A stretch of DNA of 64,000 nt from Selaginella moellendorffii (taxonomy: Eukaryota; Plantae; Lycopodiophyta): the NCBI RefSeq assembly GCF_000143415.4, contig NW_003314393.1, positions 125,644 to 189,643 of the forward strand. The letters run 5' to 3'. A program made the translations under genes and the position numbers. A model generated the notes under the pieces. The model saw only the letters and a program-made list of their open reading frames with translations, was not told the origin of the DNA and searched no databases. Shown here one piece after another: positions 13,391 through 25,740 of this stretch (position 1 is its first letter; each line of letters opens with the position of its first letter).

Positions 13391-13899
13391 AGGAAAACTG
13401 TTTTTTGCTTTCGACAAACACGCTCCTGAACACTCCCTCCTTCGCCACTTTCGCTGGATCTGCTCCGGGTCCCCCTACTTCAAGCTCGCTCCACCCAACA
13501 GTCGGTCTAAACGGATCCATTTGGGTAGTGAAGGGATCGTCTCAGGACCTCCAGGGCCGATAGGAATGATGGCCGCACAGCCCACAATCCTCTTCGCACC
13601 ACTGCAAGGTTAAAAAAGAGGCCCCCGGTGGGGAAACAGCGAAAGTTCCCCTCTGCTCCCCCCACCTCAAGAACAAAAACGAAAACGTGCCAAGCCGGAT
13701 TAGGGGAAGGAAGCTCGAAGCACTGAAAAGGGATAGATGCACATGAGAAGCAAACTGAGCGTGTACCGCCACGTACTCTCCACTTCCCGGACATGAGCGC
13801 CCTCAGCAAGCACATCCAGAGGAGCCGGAGTAAAGAACGTCCCTTGGACCAGCGGCGAACATGCCTGCTTTCCTCTTTGAGCACCCCCTCATCTCAACA

Positions 13900-14079
13900 C
13901 CATGGCTGCAAAATGTGGACGTTGCCAGTGAGATGGTGTATGCCTTCAAAACGTTTGGTAAGGGGAGCGCTTTGAAAGTAGTTCAAATTGATGGTAGTGG
14001 CCATTGTGTACCCATTGAAAGCCCATTGCTGCTTGTTCAAGCTCTACACAGTTTTATGCTTGGAGTTGGATTGAATTGA
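13900..14079 (+). pseudogene. Possible C-terminal fragment or last exon of an alpha/beta-hydrolase gene
   Basis: LKVVQIDGSGHCVPIESPLLLVQALHSF resembles the catalytic-His loop and final helix; followed by AT-rich UTR-like DNA. Confidence 0.5.
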
Positions 14080-14862
14080 GTATTGCAATGCTATTTATGC
14101 CAAAGAAGTGGCAAGAACTTTCATTATGATAGTCTTCTTTTCATACTTCTGTAGAAAAAAGTTAGAATAAATTGAAACTAAAAGTTAATGACATTTCAAA
14201 TGGTCTGGTTTCAAATGTATAGTAGGGATAGTGATTCATTTGTTTTGCATCTGATTTGGCTAATTTCTATACCATATTAACTAGTGGAGTATTTATATTT
14301 TTGTATTAAGTGCTGAAATAATGCCAAACTATGTTTGGCTCTGTTTTACATATTAATCTTGGTGTTTGGGATGCATTTCAATGAGTATTATCTAGTGTAT
14401 ACACAAAGAACCAAGTGGGTACACATTTGGTTATTATAACTTCACATATGTATGGTTGGCAAGTATCATTTTGTATCACCTTGTTAAGCATGTCTATATT
14501 CAGTTGAAGTTTAATCCTAAATTTCATACTATTAGAATTTTGTGTTAGGCCAACATTATGTTAAAATTATGTTAAACTATATTTGGCTTTGTTTTATGTA
14601 CATGCCCTACACCCTAAACTCCAAACCTTAAACCCTACACTCACAAGTTTAGTCTATACATTAGTTTGGGCTGTACACTTAGGAATATTTTTATTGGAAA
14701 TGGTCACTTCAAATCTGGCATAGATGGCAACATTGAGTAATTAGAGGTTATTTTTTGTATACTTAATAATGATATAGTATTTAACTTAAAAAATAATTAT
14801 AAGTGGTATTATTATAAATAAAATATGAAGAGGCATAGTATAATCTAGGGAGATTAGATCTT

Positions 14863-15254
14863 TGTCTTTTAGCACTGGATCTTAATATTGATAAAGAAAA
14901 GGCCCTGTAATAAAGTGATCACCCCTTTAGCCAATTGGCTTAGGGTGTAAGTGATAGAATTCTAACATTGGTATTGGAGTAGTTCCATTTTCGTGACTGA
15001 CAAATAAAGTAAGAATATTCTAAAGGGATATTTAACATGGTGGATATAAAGGGAGAACCATGGTTTAGTAGACCCTAAACAAAGGACAATGATGACCAAA
15101 GGGTAGCCTAGGTATGATTGTGGATGATCATTCCCTAGTGAGGGAAGGATTGTTAGGCACCAAGTCAAAATAATATAATAGAAAAAAGGCTTTGCAATAA
15201 AGTAATCACTCTTTTAACCAATTGGCTTAGGGTGTAAGGGATAGAATCCTAGCA
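14863..15254 (+). mobile_element. Degenerate TRIM-like mini LTR element
   Basis: ~100-bp diverged direct repeats ending ~14967 and 15254; PBS-like TGGTATTGGAG; PPT-like GAGGGAAGGAT before TGTT at 15151; TSD unclear. Confidence 0.45.
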
Positions 15255-15420
15255 TCTTCTAGACCAGTTTTTAAAGCTATGGATAAAGCATTTTGACAGT
15301 CTTGATCATTATAGCTGGAACTAAAAGAATTTAAGTACATGAAAGGTGAGGAGTTTCTATTTTCCTATAATGGGAATATATTTTTTAAATTTCCACTAGA
15401 CAGTTTGTCAAGACAACCTT

Positions 15421-16580
15421 TTGCAGACAGTGTATGAGAATGATGGTCTAGCACAAAAAGTGTTGCTAAGGAACCAAAAGGCATGGGATGCTCACCAAAA
15501 AAGTGAGTTGCTTACAAAAGAGAAAACAGGTTATATGGAACATAGTGGACTTATCGATTATAAACAGATAAGGGTGTATGTTCCACAAAAGGAACTAAGG
15601 AAGGTAGCCTTAAAAGAGTGTTATGATAGATCTTTTGCAAGACATGGTGGAGTTCTTAAGATAATGAGTTTATTTAAGAGAAAGTATCACTAACCAAACA
15701 TGGCTAAAAACATCCAAGACTATGTAAAGATATATCCAACATATTAACAAATCAAAGTCATGACTAAGGCTAGTGGGGGCTTGTTACAAAGCCCCTTAAT
15801 TCCAGATTATCTATGGAAATGTTTTACAATAGACTTTATTATAAGACTCCCCCCAAGTAAGAGGTTTGATACAATATTTGTAATGGTAGATTGGTTTTCA
15901 AAGATGGCATATTTCAAATTCACCATGATGGAAATGGATGTGGAAAGTGTGGCAAATTTGTTCTTCGAACAAATGGTTCAAATGTGGGGAAGGCTAGAGG
16001 AAATTATCTTAGATCGAGATAAAACCTTCATTAGTAGGTTTTGAAGAACTCTCCTAGAATAATATTGCACCAAGTTGAAATTCAACATAATTTATCACTC
16101 ATAGACAAGTATTAAGTATTGAGTTAAGTTTAATGGTAATGACACTTTTTGACAGACGGACAAACAGAAAAGGTAAATAAGCAACTAAAGCATTATTTAC
16201 GATGCTATGTCTCTAGAGACCAAATTAATTGAATAAATCATTTAGGACTTGCAAAAATGTGTTATGACAACTCACCACATTCGAGTATTGGGGTGAGTCC
16301 ATGGGAAGTCATCAATAAGTGAGCTATTAAAGGCCTTATAGAACTTGGTGTGGCTGAGTATTATAAAGAGTTACCTGTAATGGAAGCATTTATGGCAGAA
16401 AGACCCAATACTTGGAATCTATTGAGGGATTCTTTGGAACTGGCTCAACAAAAACAAATTAAATACACAAACTAGAAATGTCAAGATGTAGAGTTCCAAT
16501 CTAGGGAGAAGGTGTGGTTGAACACCAAAAACCTAAAGTTATCAAGTGGAATCAGTTGCAAGTTGACTCAAAGGTAAAAT
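15421..16580 (+). pseudogene. Degenerate Ty3/gypsy integrase
   Basis: Zn-binding remnant (RHGG); WKCFTIDFI, VMVDWFSKMAYF, IILDRDKTF; many stops. Confidence 0.85.
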
Positions 16581-18205
16581 GCATATATTCTTGGAAATGA
16601 ATTGACATTGTCTTTATCCTTGTCTTTGCACTCAGGTAGTAGTAGCATCAACCTTCATTAGAATAAGACCATCTCCCATAGGAAATGGAGTTGAAGGACG
16701 TGTAGCGAAGGACATGGAGTGGAAGAGTGTAGTGCATGTGATCATGGGATGAGATTTGGATATACTGTCACCTTGGATCCTTGGAACCTTGGGGGATAAA
16801 TAGGGATAAAATAGCCACTAAGGGCTCTTTCATTAAGCAATTGCCCTTTTTCCAGTTGGCTTAAGGGGAGAGAGATAATGTGTGCTACAGTTGGTATTGG
16901 AGCAAATGGCACGGGTTTGATTCCCATTGATTAGTGGCTACTTAAAAGTATAATATACCCTTGAGCAAGGTATATTCCTACCCCTAAATTTGAAATCGTA
17001 CATATTGGGCATCCATACATACGTCCTTCCTCTTGTGTGGAGTATCCACGAACAAAGGTATCCACCATGGGACTGCGGTACGGGTGGATGACTAGTTGCC
17101 TCACATGGAATAGCTGGTCTACACAATGGAAGGATTGGTAGCTTGAGTGCAGAAATGGAAGTGCTGGTTCCCCTTGGCTCAGTAAGGGTTGTTAGTCAAT
17201 AGTCAATGAGGACATTGACATTTTTGAAAGGGGGGTGAGTGTAACGCATGTGATCATGGGATGAGATTTGGATATACTGTCATCGTGGATCCTTAAACTC
17301 AGGAGATTACATTTGGTATCGGAGCGGTCTCGGGTCCGACTCTGTTGGTTGGCTAAGGGAATCACACCACATGTTGATTGACATCTGGCTGGTTCAGTTT
17401 GCTCCCGCTGGGCTCGACCCGAGGGGTAGGGTGTCAAGAGAGCGGGGCTCTTGGGAGAGTTGCGGCTCTCAGCTTTCGTTCACGAGGGCGTGAACTTGCA
17501 GGGAAGCGTGGTGGATTGTAAGCAACCAAAGAGAACGACTTGAGAGACGATCCGTTGGGGTTCAGATATAGAGAGAAAGGGCCCATGAATAAGAGTGCAC
17601 CCCCTATTCCAATTAGTTAAGGGTCTTGGGATATTTGGGGTTAAGCGTTCTTGGGTGTGAATAGTACTGGCAAACCTGTTAAGGTGCCGAGGTGAGATCA
17701 CTAGGTGATCTTGTGGCTAAATAAGGACAAGGTCCTTGTTTAGGTTAAGGAATAAGGTTCCTAGTTCAAAGTGTGATTTGAACTATTGATGATGGTGTGG
17801 CTTGGTCAAGGTGACCAAGTGGGAAAAGCACCTTAGGGAAATGAGCTATGTCATTGCGATGGCATAGTGTGTCCAAGGAAAGTAGTCTCTAGAGAGACCC
17901 ATGGGAGGGTCACAAAGTTGGGCCTTGGATAGAGCCCACCGCAGAAGATGCTAAAGAGACTTATTAGGGGTGAACACCCTAGTCTTGGTAGAGCAGAGCC
18001 TTTGCTATGGAATCAAAAGAATACCTCAAGGAGGGAGGTAAAGATTCGATGTTGCTTGGTGCAACAATCAACGGATAGGAGCAAAAGATGAGTGGCCAAG
18101 ATAGGGCCGTGGAATCCCTTGGAAGGAATCCAAGTGACAAAGTTAGGCGTGGAACACTAATGTGTTGGACGCTAACAAATTGCGGGAAAGGAAGTGTGTT
18201 TCCAA

Positions 18206-19635
18206 GAGCCCGGGTAGGTTTTGAGCTCATGAGCTCACGAGCTGAGCTCATGAGCTGAGCTCACGGCTTCTCAAACACAAGAAAAACATTGGTTCGTCCC
18301 GAACCAACATCTTTCCATTCTTCAAATTTTGATTTAATCTATATTTCCAAGTAAATTCGACTAATAAAATACAAATATAAATATAGATCCGAACACTAAA
18401 AGCAATCTAAAAACACTTCTCAAGCTCCGCAACTGTAAGGCTTGCCTGGTGGATGTGATGGTCGATCTTAGGATCTTGGTTTAGTTCCTGCATAAAAATG
18501 TAATAGATGTGCTTGCAGGCTAAATATACCTTTCCCCTGTTCTCCCGCTGTGTAAAATCTGGACAGGTACAGGATGGATTTTCGCAGATTTTAACAGTGT
18601 AGCTCGTACCCTTTGATGACTCAGTCACAATAATAAACTCCTTAGCCATAGCACTGATGTAGTTTGTCTTTGTGATTGTGCACTTTAGCTCTTTTGCCAA
18701 CTTGATCTTCTCTTGTGCACCTTTCGAAATGGAAGACCTGTATTGTATAGCCTTCCCATTCCTAGCTGGTCGTGTATGCCGGTCTAGTGTTGATATTGGT
18801 GGCATAGCAGTACTAATAGCAACATTTGAGGAAGTCTTTAGCTTGAAACCTGCTCTCTCCAGACTTTCAATCTCTTCTTTCAAAAGATTGCATCTTCGCT
18901 CAACTGGCCACTCCTCTGGCACAGAATCTGGCTTCAAATCTTGTTGGAGTTATTTTGTCCGCCAAAGGGGATTGTGCTTGATGCTACAGCAGGATTTGGA
19001 TCAATGGTGCAGGCAGCAAAAGAGACAGGCCGAGCGGTTTTTGCACTTGAGAAGGAGGGTGCCTTTGAGGACATTCTTAGGAGATTTTGCGACAGGTGAT
19101 GTTAGTGCTTGAAATAATCTATAATATTTATTCTCAAATGTTTCTATTTTATTAGGTCTACACTTATCACATACAGTGTTTCAGTCCACACGCTTGATCT
19201 TGATGATATGGATGATCATATGGACCAAAGTCAATTCCACTTACCTATTTATGCTGAACGTATGGCACAACATTACATACAACACGAGCCTATAGTGAAG
19301 GAGCATTCCACTATACCCATTTCTACTTTTCTGGATATGGAAGCAGAAGAAGATTGAATATATTCTGATTTTAATATAAATTATATTGTTTAATATATTA
19401 TTTTCTTTTTTTGTAGACTAAAAGATTAGTTCATGTCGAACCAATAATCTACATGAGCTTATGGAATACCTTAAACACCTAGATTTTATGTTAAAAATTC
19501 TTGGTTCAGGACGAACTAAGGTAGTGCCATTAAACTTTCGCTAGTTAGGGGATTGTATTGACTTCCGTTGACTTTCGTTGACTTTCATTGACTTGAGCTC
19601 AGCTCGTGAGCTCAGCTCAAAAACTACCCAGCCCC
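18206..19635 (-). mobile_element. Non-autonomous MULE-like TIR element with 9-bp TSD
   Basis: Imperfect TIRs (GAGCCCGGGTAGGTTTTGAGCT / GGGGCTGGGTAGTTTTTGAGCT) with GAGCTCA subrepeats; TGTTTCCAA at 18197-18205 and 19636-19644. Confidence 0.85.
18407..18937 (-). CDS. SWIM zinc-finger protein fragment carried by the TIR element
   Basis: YTVKICENPSCTCPDF...CKHIYYI (CxC...CxH); 5' truncated. Confidence 0.75.
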   Translation of the reverse strand: MKPDSVPEEWPVERRCNLLKEEIESLERAGFKLKTSSNVAISTAMPPISTLDRHTRPARNGKAIQYRSSISKGAQEKIKLAKELKCTITKTNYISAMAKEFIIVTESSKGTSYTVKICENPSCTCPDFTQRENRGKVYLACKHIYYIFMQELNQDPKIDHHIHQASLTVAELEKCF

Positions 19636-20634
19636 TGTTTCCAAGGATGGATTCTGAATTGCTCCGATTTGGCGAAAGTGGAAGCTCCAAGGGAGGGAAC
19701 AGTAAGGTAGCCAAATGATAGAGCCATGGACAGCCCTAACACAAAGTATGATGAATGGAACTTAGTGCCCAAAGTGGCACGAAATAGAAGGGAGGATGAT
19801 GGTGCCCTCAGGTAACGAACTTCCTAGGATGGGGAAGTGGAGTTGCACAATCTGTGCAATGCAAGGTGTTGGAGACACCTAGGAAATGGACTTCCAAAAG
19901 TCAAAAGAGTAAAAGTTCCAAGGTGCAAACGTTCAATAGATGGAAATTGAGACTACTCGAGAAGGAGTAGTGGGATTGACTTAGAGAAGGGTCTCTATGA
20001 GGTTTAGCGAGAACTAAACCAATAAAAGGAGAGAACCACTATATGTGGTCCAATCAGTCTCTAAGTTGAAGAGTACCCAGGTGGCTCGCGTAAGGCCACG
20101 GTGTTCCGAAATGTTGTCCCAAAGGCCCAGACTGTAGAAAGGAAGAGGAGCAGTCCTCTGGGGTAGTGACCAAGGACACAGTCGTGTAGTGAGAAGCTCT
20201 ATTTCGTTAAAGTGGGAATTGTCATTATCCCACTTGTAAAATAAGGTTTCCAAACCTTTATATAGTATATAAATATAACAAAATTCAACTGCATTGAGGC
20301 ACATGCCATTTTATTTTAAACAAGGAAATGTCTACTCAATCACTTCTCCTCCCCCTGCCATTGCTTCACCTCTCTCTTCTCCTTGTCATCGTCGTCCAAT
20401 TTCTTTCCATCCTTTTATATTGGCTTAGTTGCTCCGAGTCTAGGTGGAGCCCAAGTCCCCATTCAATCTTTACTTTCCCCTTATTAATAAAACAACTTCG
20501 TAGACTTCCAATAACATGCTGTAACACTTCTAGTATAATGCAAATCCTCTCAAAGAATTGTCTTTTAATATTAATACAATGGCATGGAACCCCATGCCAT
20601 AATAAGTTACATTTTTAAATAAATACATGCCATC

Positions 20635-21498
20635 TCAAACTGTTATTTTTTGCCTCCAACGCCTATACAATAATCTTGGAATTTCATCACTCTCCACACT
20701 ATCAGGATTTAAACCCAATAGTAATGCCATCTCTTCTCTAATACGTCCACGCTCATGTTCAGTGGTCGAAGAACCCATCCGGTTGAGCAGATTATGGAGA
20801 TGCGGATAGTGCTTGGCTAGACAATATACATGCCATAAATGATGACTGGTGTCTATTCGATCAAATGGCTTCTGATATACCGTTCCATCTGCCATTTGGT
20901 TGATTTCTGCAGCCACCTCCTGGACTGGCCGGTTCTCTATCACCATCGCTTCAAGCCGTTTTGCAAGGTCCCCCAGAACATACGGTTTCTTCTCCCTAGT
21001 TTCCATACTGCAAGAGATGGGGTGCACTGCATATGTGTGTGTGTTCGCTGCAGTTTTAATCGGCGAGTCATCGATGATGAGGATTTCACTTGACCTAGCA
21101 GTCCGGTTCATCACTACAGCCTCTGGCTTGACGAAGATGGGCTTGCTACCCCTCACATGGACCATAGTCAAGCAATCCTCCTGCGTTAGGAGAAAGTCAA
21201 ATGGTAATATTACTCGCGTCTGATCGTGCATCATCTGTAGCAACGTTAATGCATTGTGGCGCATCATGGATGTCCAAACTCCCAATTGCAAATTGAACCC
21301 GACCCTCTGTTTTTAAGTGTCGCATGGTCATTATTAGATCCCGCAGTTTCTCCCGTGTGATTAATGTGAATCTGTCTCTTTTGACCAGCTTGCGACCGCA
21401 GGCTTTGGAGGGTGCAGTGACATTCGAGGACGAGCCACGCTCATGGGAGAAAAGGACACCGTTTAGATCAAAAACAATACAGTACTTTCGCCGTGACT
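20635..21498 (-). pseudogene. FCP1/NIF-like HAD phosphatase-domain exon of the accessory gene, frameshift near 21290
   Basis: CIVFDLNGVLF, GVWTS, LTQEDC, IFVKP, ILIIDDSPIK; 47-bp GT-AG intron at 21499-21545. Confidence 0.75.
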
Positions 21499-21545
21499 CT
21501 GAAATGAAATGCGTCAGCATAAAAAATGGTACAAATCAATTTTAC

Positions 21546-23389
21546 CATCTACAATATTAGCGAATGGTGCTCCCGATGGTCGTTCAGAGGGTTTTGGTCG
21601 AGGAAACGTGAAGGGCGGAAATACTCTCCTCTGCAATGTGGGGTCAATCGCATCCGATGGCGTGTGGGCACATGCCATTTTAGCTGTAGACTCTGGTACA
21701 ACTGGCTCAACAGTGGCATGGGGTGGTTCCGATGGCGTGTGATCACACGCCATTTCAGCTGGTGCCTCCGTTGGCAAAGTGGACATGACCGAACAGGCAG
21801 TAGGGGCGGTGTAGGGAGGTTCCAACGGCGCGTAGTCAGACGATTGGGCACACGTTGAGTCCGTTGGAAATGAGGATACGACCGGCTTGGCGGCTGGGGC
21901 GGCCTCATGCGGGTCCAATGGCGCCTGGTCACCGTCAGTTGGATACGTAGACAAGATTGACTCAGTGGTATGGGCAGCATCAAGTGGAGCGTGGTCAGCT
22001 TGCTTGGCGTTGATATGGATAGTAGCCTCCACCAACTCTGATGACTCTTGCAGGCAAGTAGAGTCCACTGGCGGATCCATATGCATGTCCAAATATCTCC
22101 CTTCGATTGAGATGGTATCCTCCCTACTGGCTACTAAAAACAAACTCATTAGCACATTGAATCGACTATACTGTATTTACCATCAACTGCTATTGAGGAA
22201 CTAAGACCGATATCACTTGGGCGCACTGTTGATTCTGAAGGATTGGACATACGTTTCGACCCTTGCTTGGTAATATCCTTCCTCGACACTAAAGGCTAGA
22301 GTTTGTATCTTAATTCAACTGAATAATCTCTACTTACCATTTCTTCTGCGACCTACATAGACAATGTTAGAAATGGTAAAAGGTTAGGAATGGATGTACT
22401 ATTATTTACCTGATGGTTTGTCTTGTATGACCTTCCTCCGCTGCTCTTTGGCCACCTCAGGCTAGCCATCGTCGTCATCATCGTCGTCGTCGTTATTGTG
22501 ATCGTCACCATTATGAAGACCATCCAAGTCCTCTTCATCCTCCTCTTCTTTGTCCTCCTCTTCGTCCTTCTGCTCTTCCTGCTCATTATCTTTCTCTAGC
22601 TCCTCATCCCCCTCCTGCATTTCTTCCATAGGCTGCTCAGGCTGGATGGCTTGTTTTTCCAGGACCATCTTGGGAAAATCATCTGGCCAAGTCTCCATCT
22701 CAAAATACAAGACATCCATAGCCTGTTTTAGTGCCTGACCTAGGACCGTATCCTCACCCGACTGTCTTAACATGGTTTTTGCACGTTCTTGCACCCTTCG
22801 AAGACGACGAGATGAGAAAAACGTGGCCCTAACTTGAAAAACATCCCTCATCTATTGTACCTCTCCATTGAGATTGGGGAAGGGGAGTCCGCCATAAGAA
22901 TCTGAGTCAGGAGCTGGTGACTGGCTCCTTTCACTCAGCCCTTGATCTGCAATGAATGGCATGAGCACACACGCCATAACCGCGAGGCATTACCTATCAT
23001 CTTTTCGTTGCCCTTCTTCCTTTTCGAATCAAACGCCTCTGATCCCGACGACTGTCCAACGTGCTTTCGCTTTTTATGACCACTGTCAGTTTGAGCTTGG
23101 CTGGTGCTTGCCTGTTTTGCCTTTGAAGAAGTGTCTCCTGCAAGGAATGGCATGAGAACACACGCCATTGCAAATATAATTTGTACCTCCTTTTTTCCTA
23201 TTGCTTGTCTGTTTGTCCTTCTTCGACGCGCCACCAGTGCGCTTTTCAATCCTCGTGTCTGAATATTCACAACAATCTATAATCAAAATGGCGTGAGGCC
23301 TCACGTGACCTTACCTTGTGCAGGTTGTGAGCTCGGCCTAACATCAGTAGCTGTTAACGCTGTTTCAGCATCTGGGGGTGGCCACGCTC
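21546..23389 (-). pseudogene. Low-complexity and acidic linker exons of the accessory gene
   Basis: ORF pieces 21514-22155, 22462-22851 (E/D-rich) and 22935-23270 separated by ~50-bp GT-AG introns (22947-22993, 23138-23186, 23259-23314). Confidence 0.55.
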
Positions 23390-23439
23390 CTGCATACAGA
23401 GCTTGTGAGATAACATTTAAACTTAAAGTGCGTATTCAC

Positions 23440-23760
23440 CAGGTTCGCAGAGAAGATACTGTTTTTCTTTGGCAACTGTAATTATATGCTCCATTGAAGT
23501 CACCTCTTCAATGGAGTTTGTCACCGCAACACACGGGACACCCTTGAGTAGTGCGGCTCAAAAGAATAGTCCGCCGCAGTTGTACTCGACAACGCATTTG
23601 CCCTTGGAGTCACCCGCTATTGCGTTGAAGACCCAGCTGAGCATTTCCCATGCTGCACTTGGAGCTTTCTTTGGATTCGAAAGCTCCATAGCCGTCTTCA
23701 GTTCCTCAGGCACGGGTAAATTGACCTCCCTCAGATCAGTTCGATCGGCAACTCCCCGTC
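23440..23760 (-). pseudogene. Possible methyltransferase-like (SAM-binding half) segment of the accessory gene
   Basis: Manual translation KKAPSAAWEMLSWVFNAIAGDSKGKCVVEYNCGGLFF*AALLKGVPCVAV; not in the ORF track because of a stop. Confidence 0.35.
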
Positions 23761-23934
23761 ATGGTACCTCCTCAGCACATCTACCCATTTGTCAAAAACA
23801 ACTTTTGTCGCGAGTAGAATGTTATGAATGCTGAGTGTGTCATTGACCCCCAGTGTTTTCGAGAGAAGACTCGAGAATTCCTACAATGGAAATGGCGTGA
23901 GGCCACATGCTATGCCATATACAACGAGGCTTAC

Positions 23935-25132
23935 CTGCCAGGCGCTAGTTGCTAGTGCACGTCCTTGTCCTGGTTTTTGTGGCTTCTTCAGTTGAACCCA
24001 GAGCTTCCGTGTTCGTGCCAATGTCTCGTGCAGACCCGATTTGTAGCACGTTTCTTGCTTGACATTCTGCGCGTGGGAGATGGATATGATAGATCGGAGG
24101 GGCGAGTTGCCTTTTATCAGGCGGACAACTCTTGTCTTGAAGACTTTCTTCACCTCCTCGCCCACCATAATATCCAGAACTATCTCTTGCATCGCCAAGC
24201 TAGAATGCTGCCCGGAGACGGCATAGAACCGGATGTTCTGATCGTCCAACACCTTCCTATTGATCAAGTTTGGAAACCTCGTCTCGCCCTTCATTGTTTG
24301 GTAGTAGGGGATCACGTCTGCGATGTCGGGTGTTACTGGACTTGCCAGCATCTTCTGCTTCAGTTTCTCCACCCACTCATCAGATACTAGCCTGTGGTTG
24401 TATTTGCTTTGGATGTCGATACGGCTCACGTCGATTGTATATACTTTGTTGGAATAGTAACAAGTACTATTATCTGCGACGATTTTTGCTGCCTCTTCTT
24501 GCTCTTTCTGCCCACTACACCCACTTTTTGGTGGCTGTAGTGTTCGAACCCGAGGCAATGGCATCACCGAGTAGCTTCTTTTTTGGAGCAGCAGAGTCGG
24601 ACGTCGGCTTGAGCTTGACCACCCTTTTCTGCTTCGGGGTAGTTTCCAGATCGACCCCCTTCCCCTTCGCTTCGCGAACTGGAAGCACTCTCAACGGCTC
24701 AATGTTGGAATATAGTTTTTGAACATCGCCGTAAGTGAGGTCCGTGGATTCCATGTGATCTTCATAGACCCGCAGCGTCTTTGAAATTGTGGGCCTCCTG
24801 GACAACCTCTCCCTAGCTCCCTCTAGGAATTCCTCATAGCCACTGCCCCCCTTCGGGAAGCCGCTAGGATGTGCAAGGTGGATCTTGAAGGCGGACGCTG
24901 TCTCTACCACAAGTGCCAGTCCATATTCTTGCATGGAACTGCATGGAGTGTCTGTCACTTGGATGAGGATCCCCATGCATTCTTTTCTCCCACCATCTGT
25001 GTTGTACAGCATCAGATCCTCGCCTTCCATCCCGAAAGTCCAACTGGTGAGCTCCTCCCCCTTCTCTGCATCCACATTGACAGTGGCTGGAAGAAGAACG
25101 CAATTCCTCGCCTGTTCAGAAATGCACAACAA
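23935..25132 (-). pseudogene. 5' part of the accessory gene including a ParB/Srx-like domain, frameshift near 24520
   Basis: IDVSRI...NHRLVSDEWVEKLKQKM...FYAVSGQHSSLAM; splice donor at 23934, intron 23881-23934. Confidence 0.6.
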
Positions 25133-25559
25133 TTAGAGCTGACAGATGAAAAGCTAGCAGCTGGAAATAACGTGAGGCCACACGCCATTCACCACTGCAT
25201 CAGATGTCTTGAGGCTGCATCCTAAGATGGCGTGAGGCTACACGCCATCTGTAACCGAACTGCACTCGAGAGCCCAATCGGTGCATGCCAATGTTGCTAC
25301 TGAATGGCATGTGGCCTCATGCCATTTTCTACTTGGCCTAAAAGACTTACCATTTGAAGCTGAATGGAAGCCGTGACAATCGAGGCCGGACTCGCTGGCG
25401 AATGTGCACTGTGTGTGCAACGGATCGTAGCAGCAAGGCTACTCTGCCACTTACAGTTGGAGAGTGGTGCTGAAATCTCCCGGGACGCCAAGTTGGCTGC
25501 GTGTGGGTGGCGGAGTGGGTGGCGGAGTTGGCAGCGAAGTTACAAACTGGGTGTGTCTT

Positions 25560-25740
25560 GAAGTGGACGCCGATGCACACGAGCGCGATGCGAGCGCGAG
25601 TGTGATGCAAGCGCGAGTGGACGCCGATGCACACGAGAAACCTGTAGAGAAGTGAGCGTGATCGCGAGTGGGAGCGCGATGCGAGCGGGAGCGCGAGTGT
25701 GATGCGAGCGCGAGCGCGAGTGTGCGAGCGCGAGTACAAA
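25560..25740. repeat. CpG-rich low-complexity tandem repeats (GCGAGC/GATGC)
   Basis: Directly visible short tandem units. Confidence 0.7.

Larger units (their letters stand above)
6976..13860 (+). mobile_element. Mosaic of same-strand LINE fragments (ORF1, endonuclease, RT, zf-RVT, 3' UTR) in non-collinear order
   Basis: Endonuclease motifs GDFNF, LDRFY and SDH (8340-8500, 11840-12140); RT motifs PGEDG, KNWRPISMLN, DFEKAYD, VRQGCPL (12465-13390); zf-RVT at 8905-9500; repeated 3' ends. Confidence 0.85.

Noticed and set aside
14605-14640. Degenerate CCCTAAA repeats (also 26950-26970)
   Set aside because: Too short or degenerate to distinguish from telo-box-like background.
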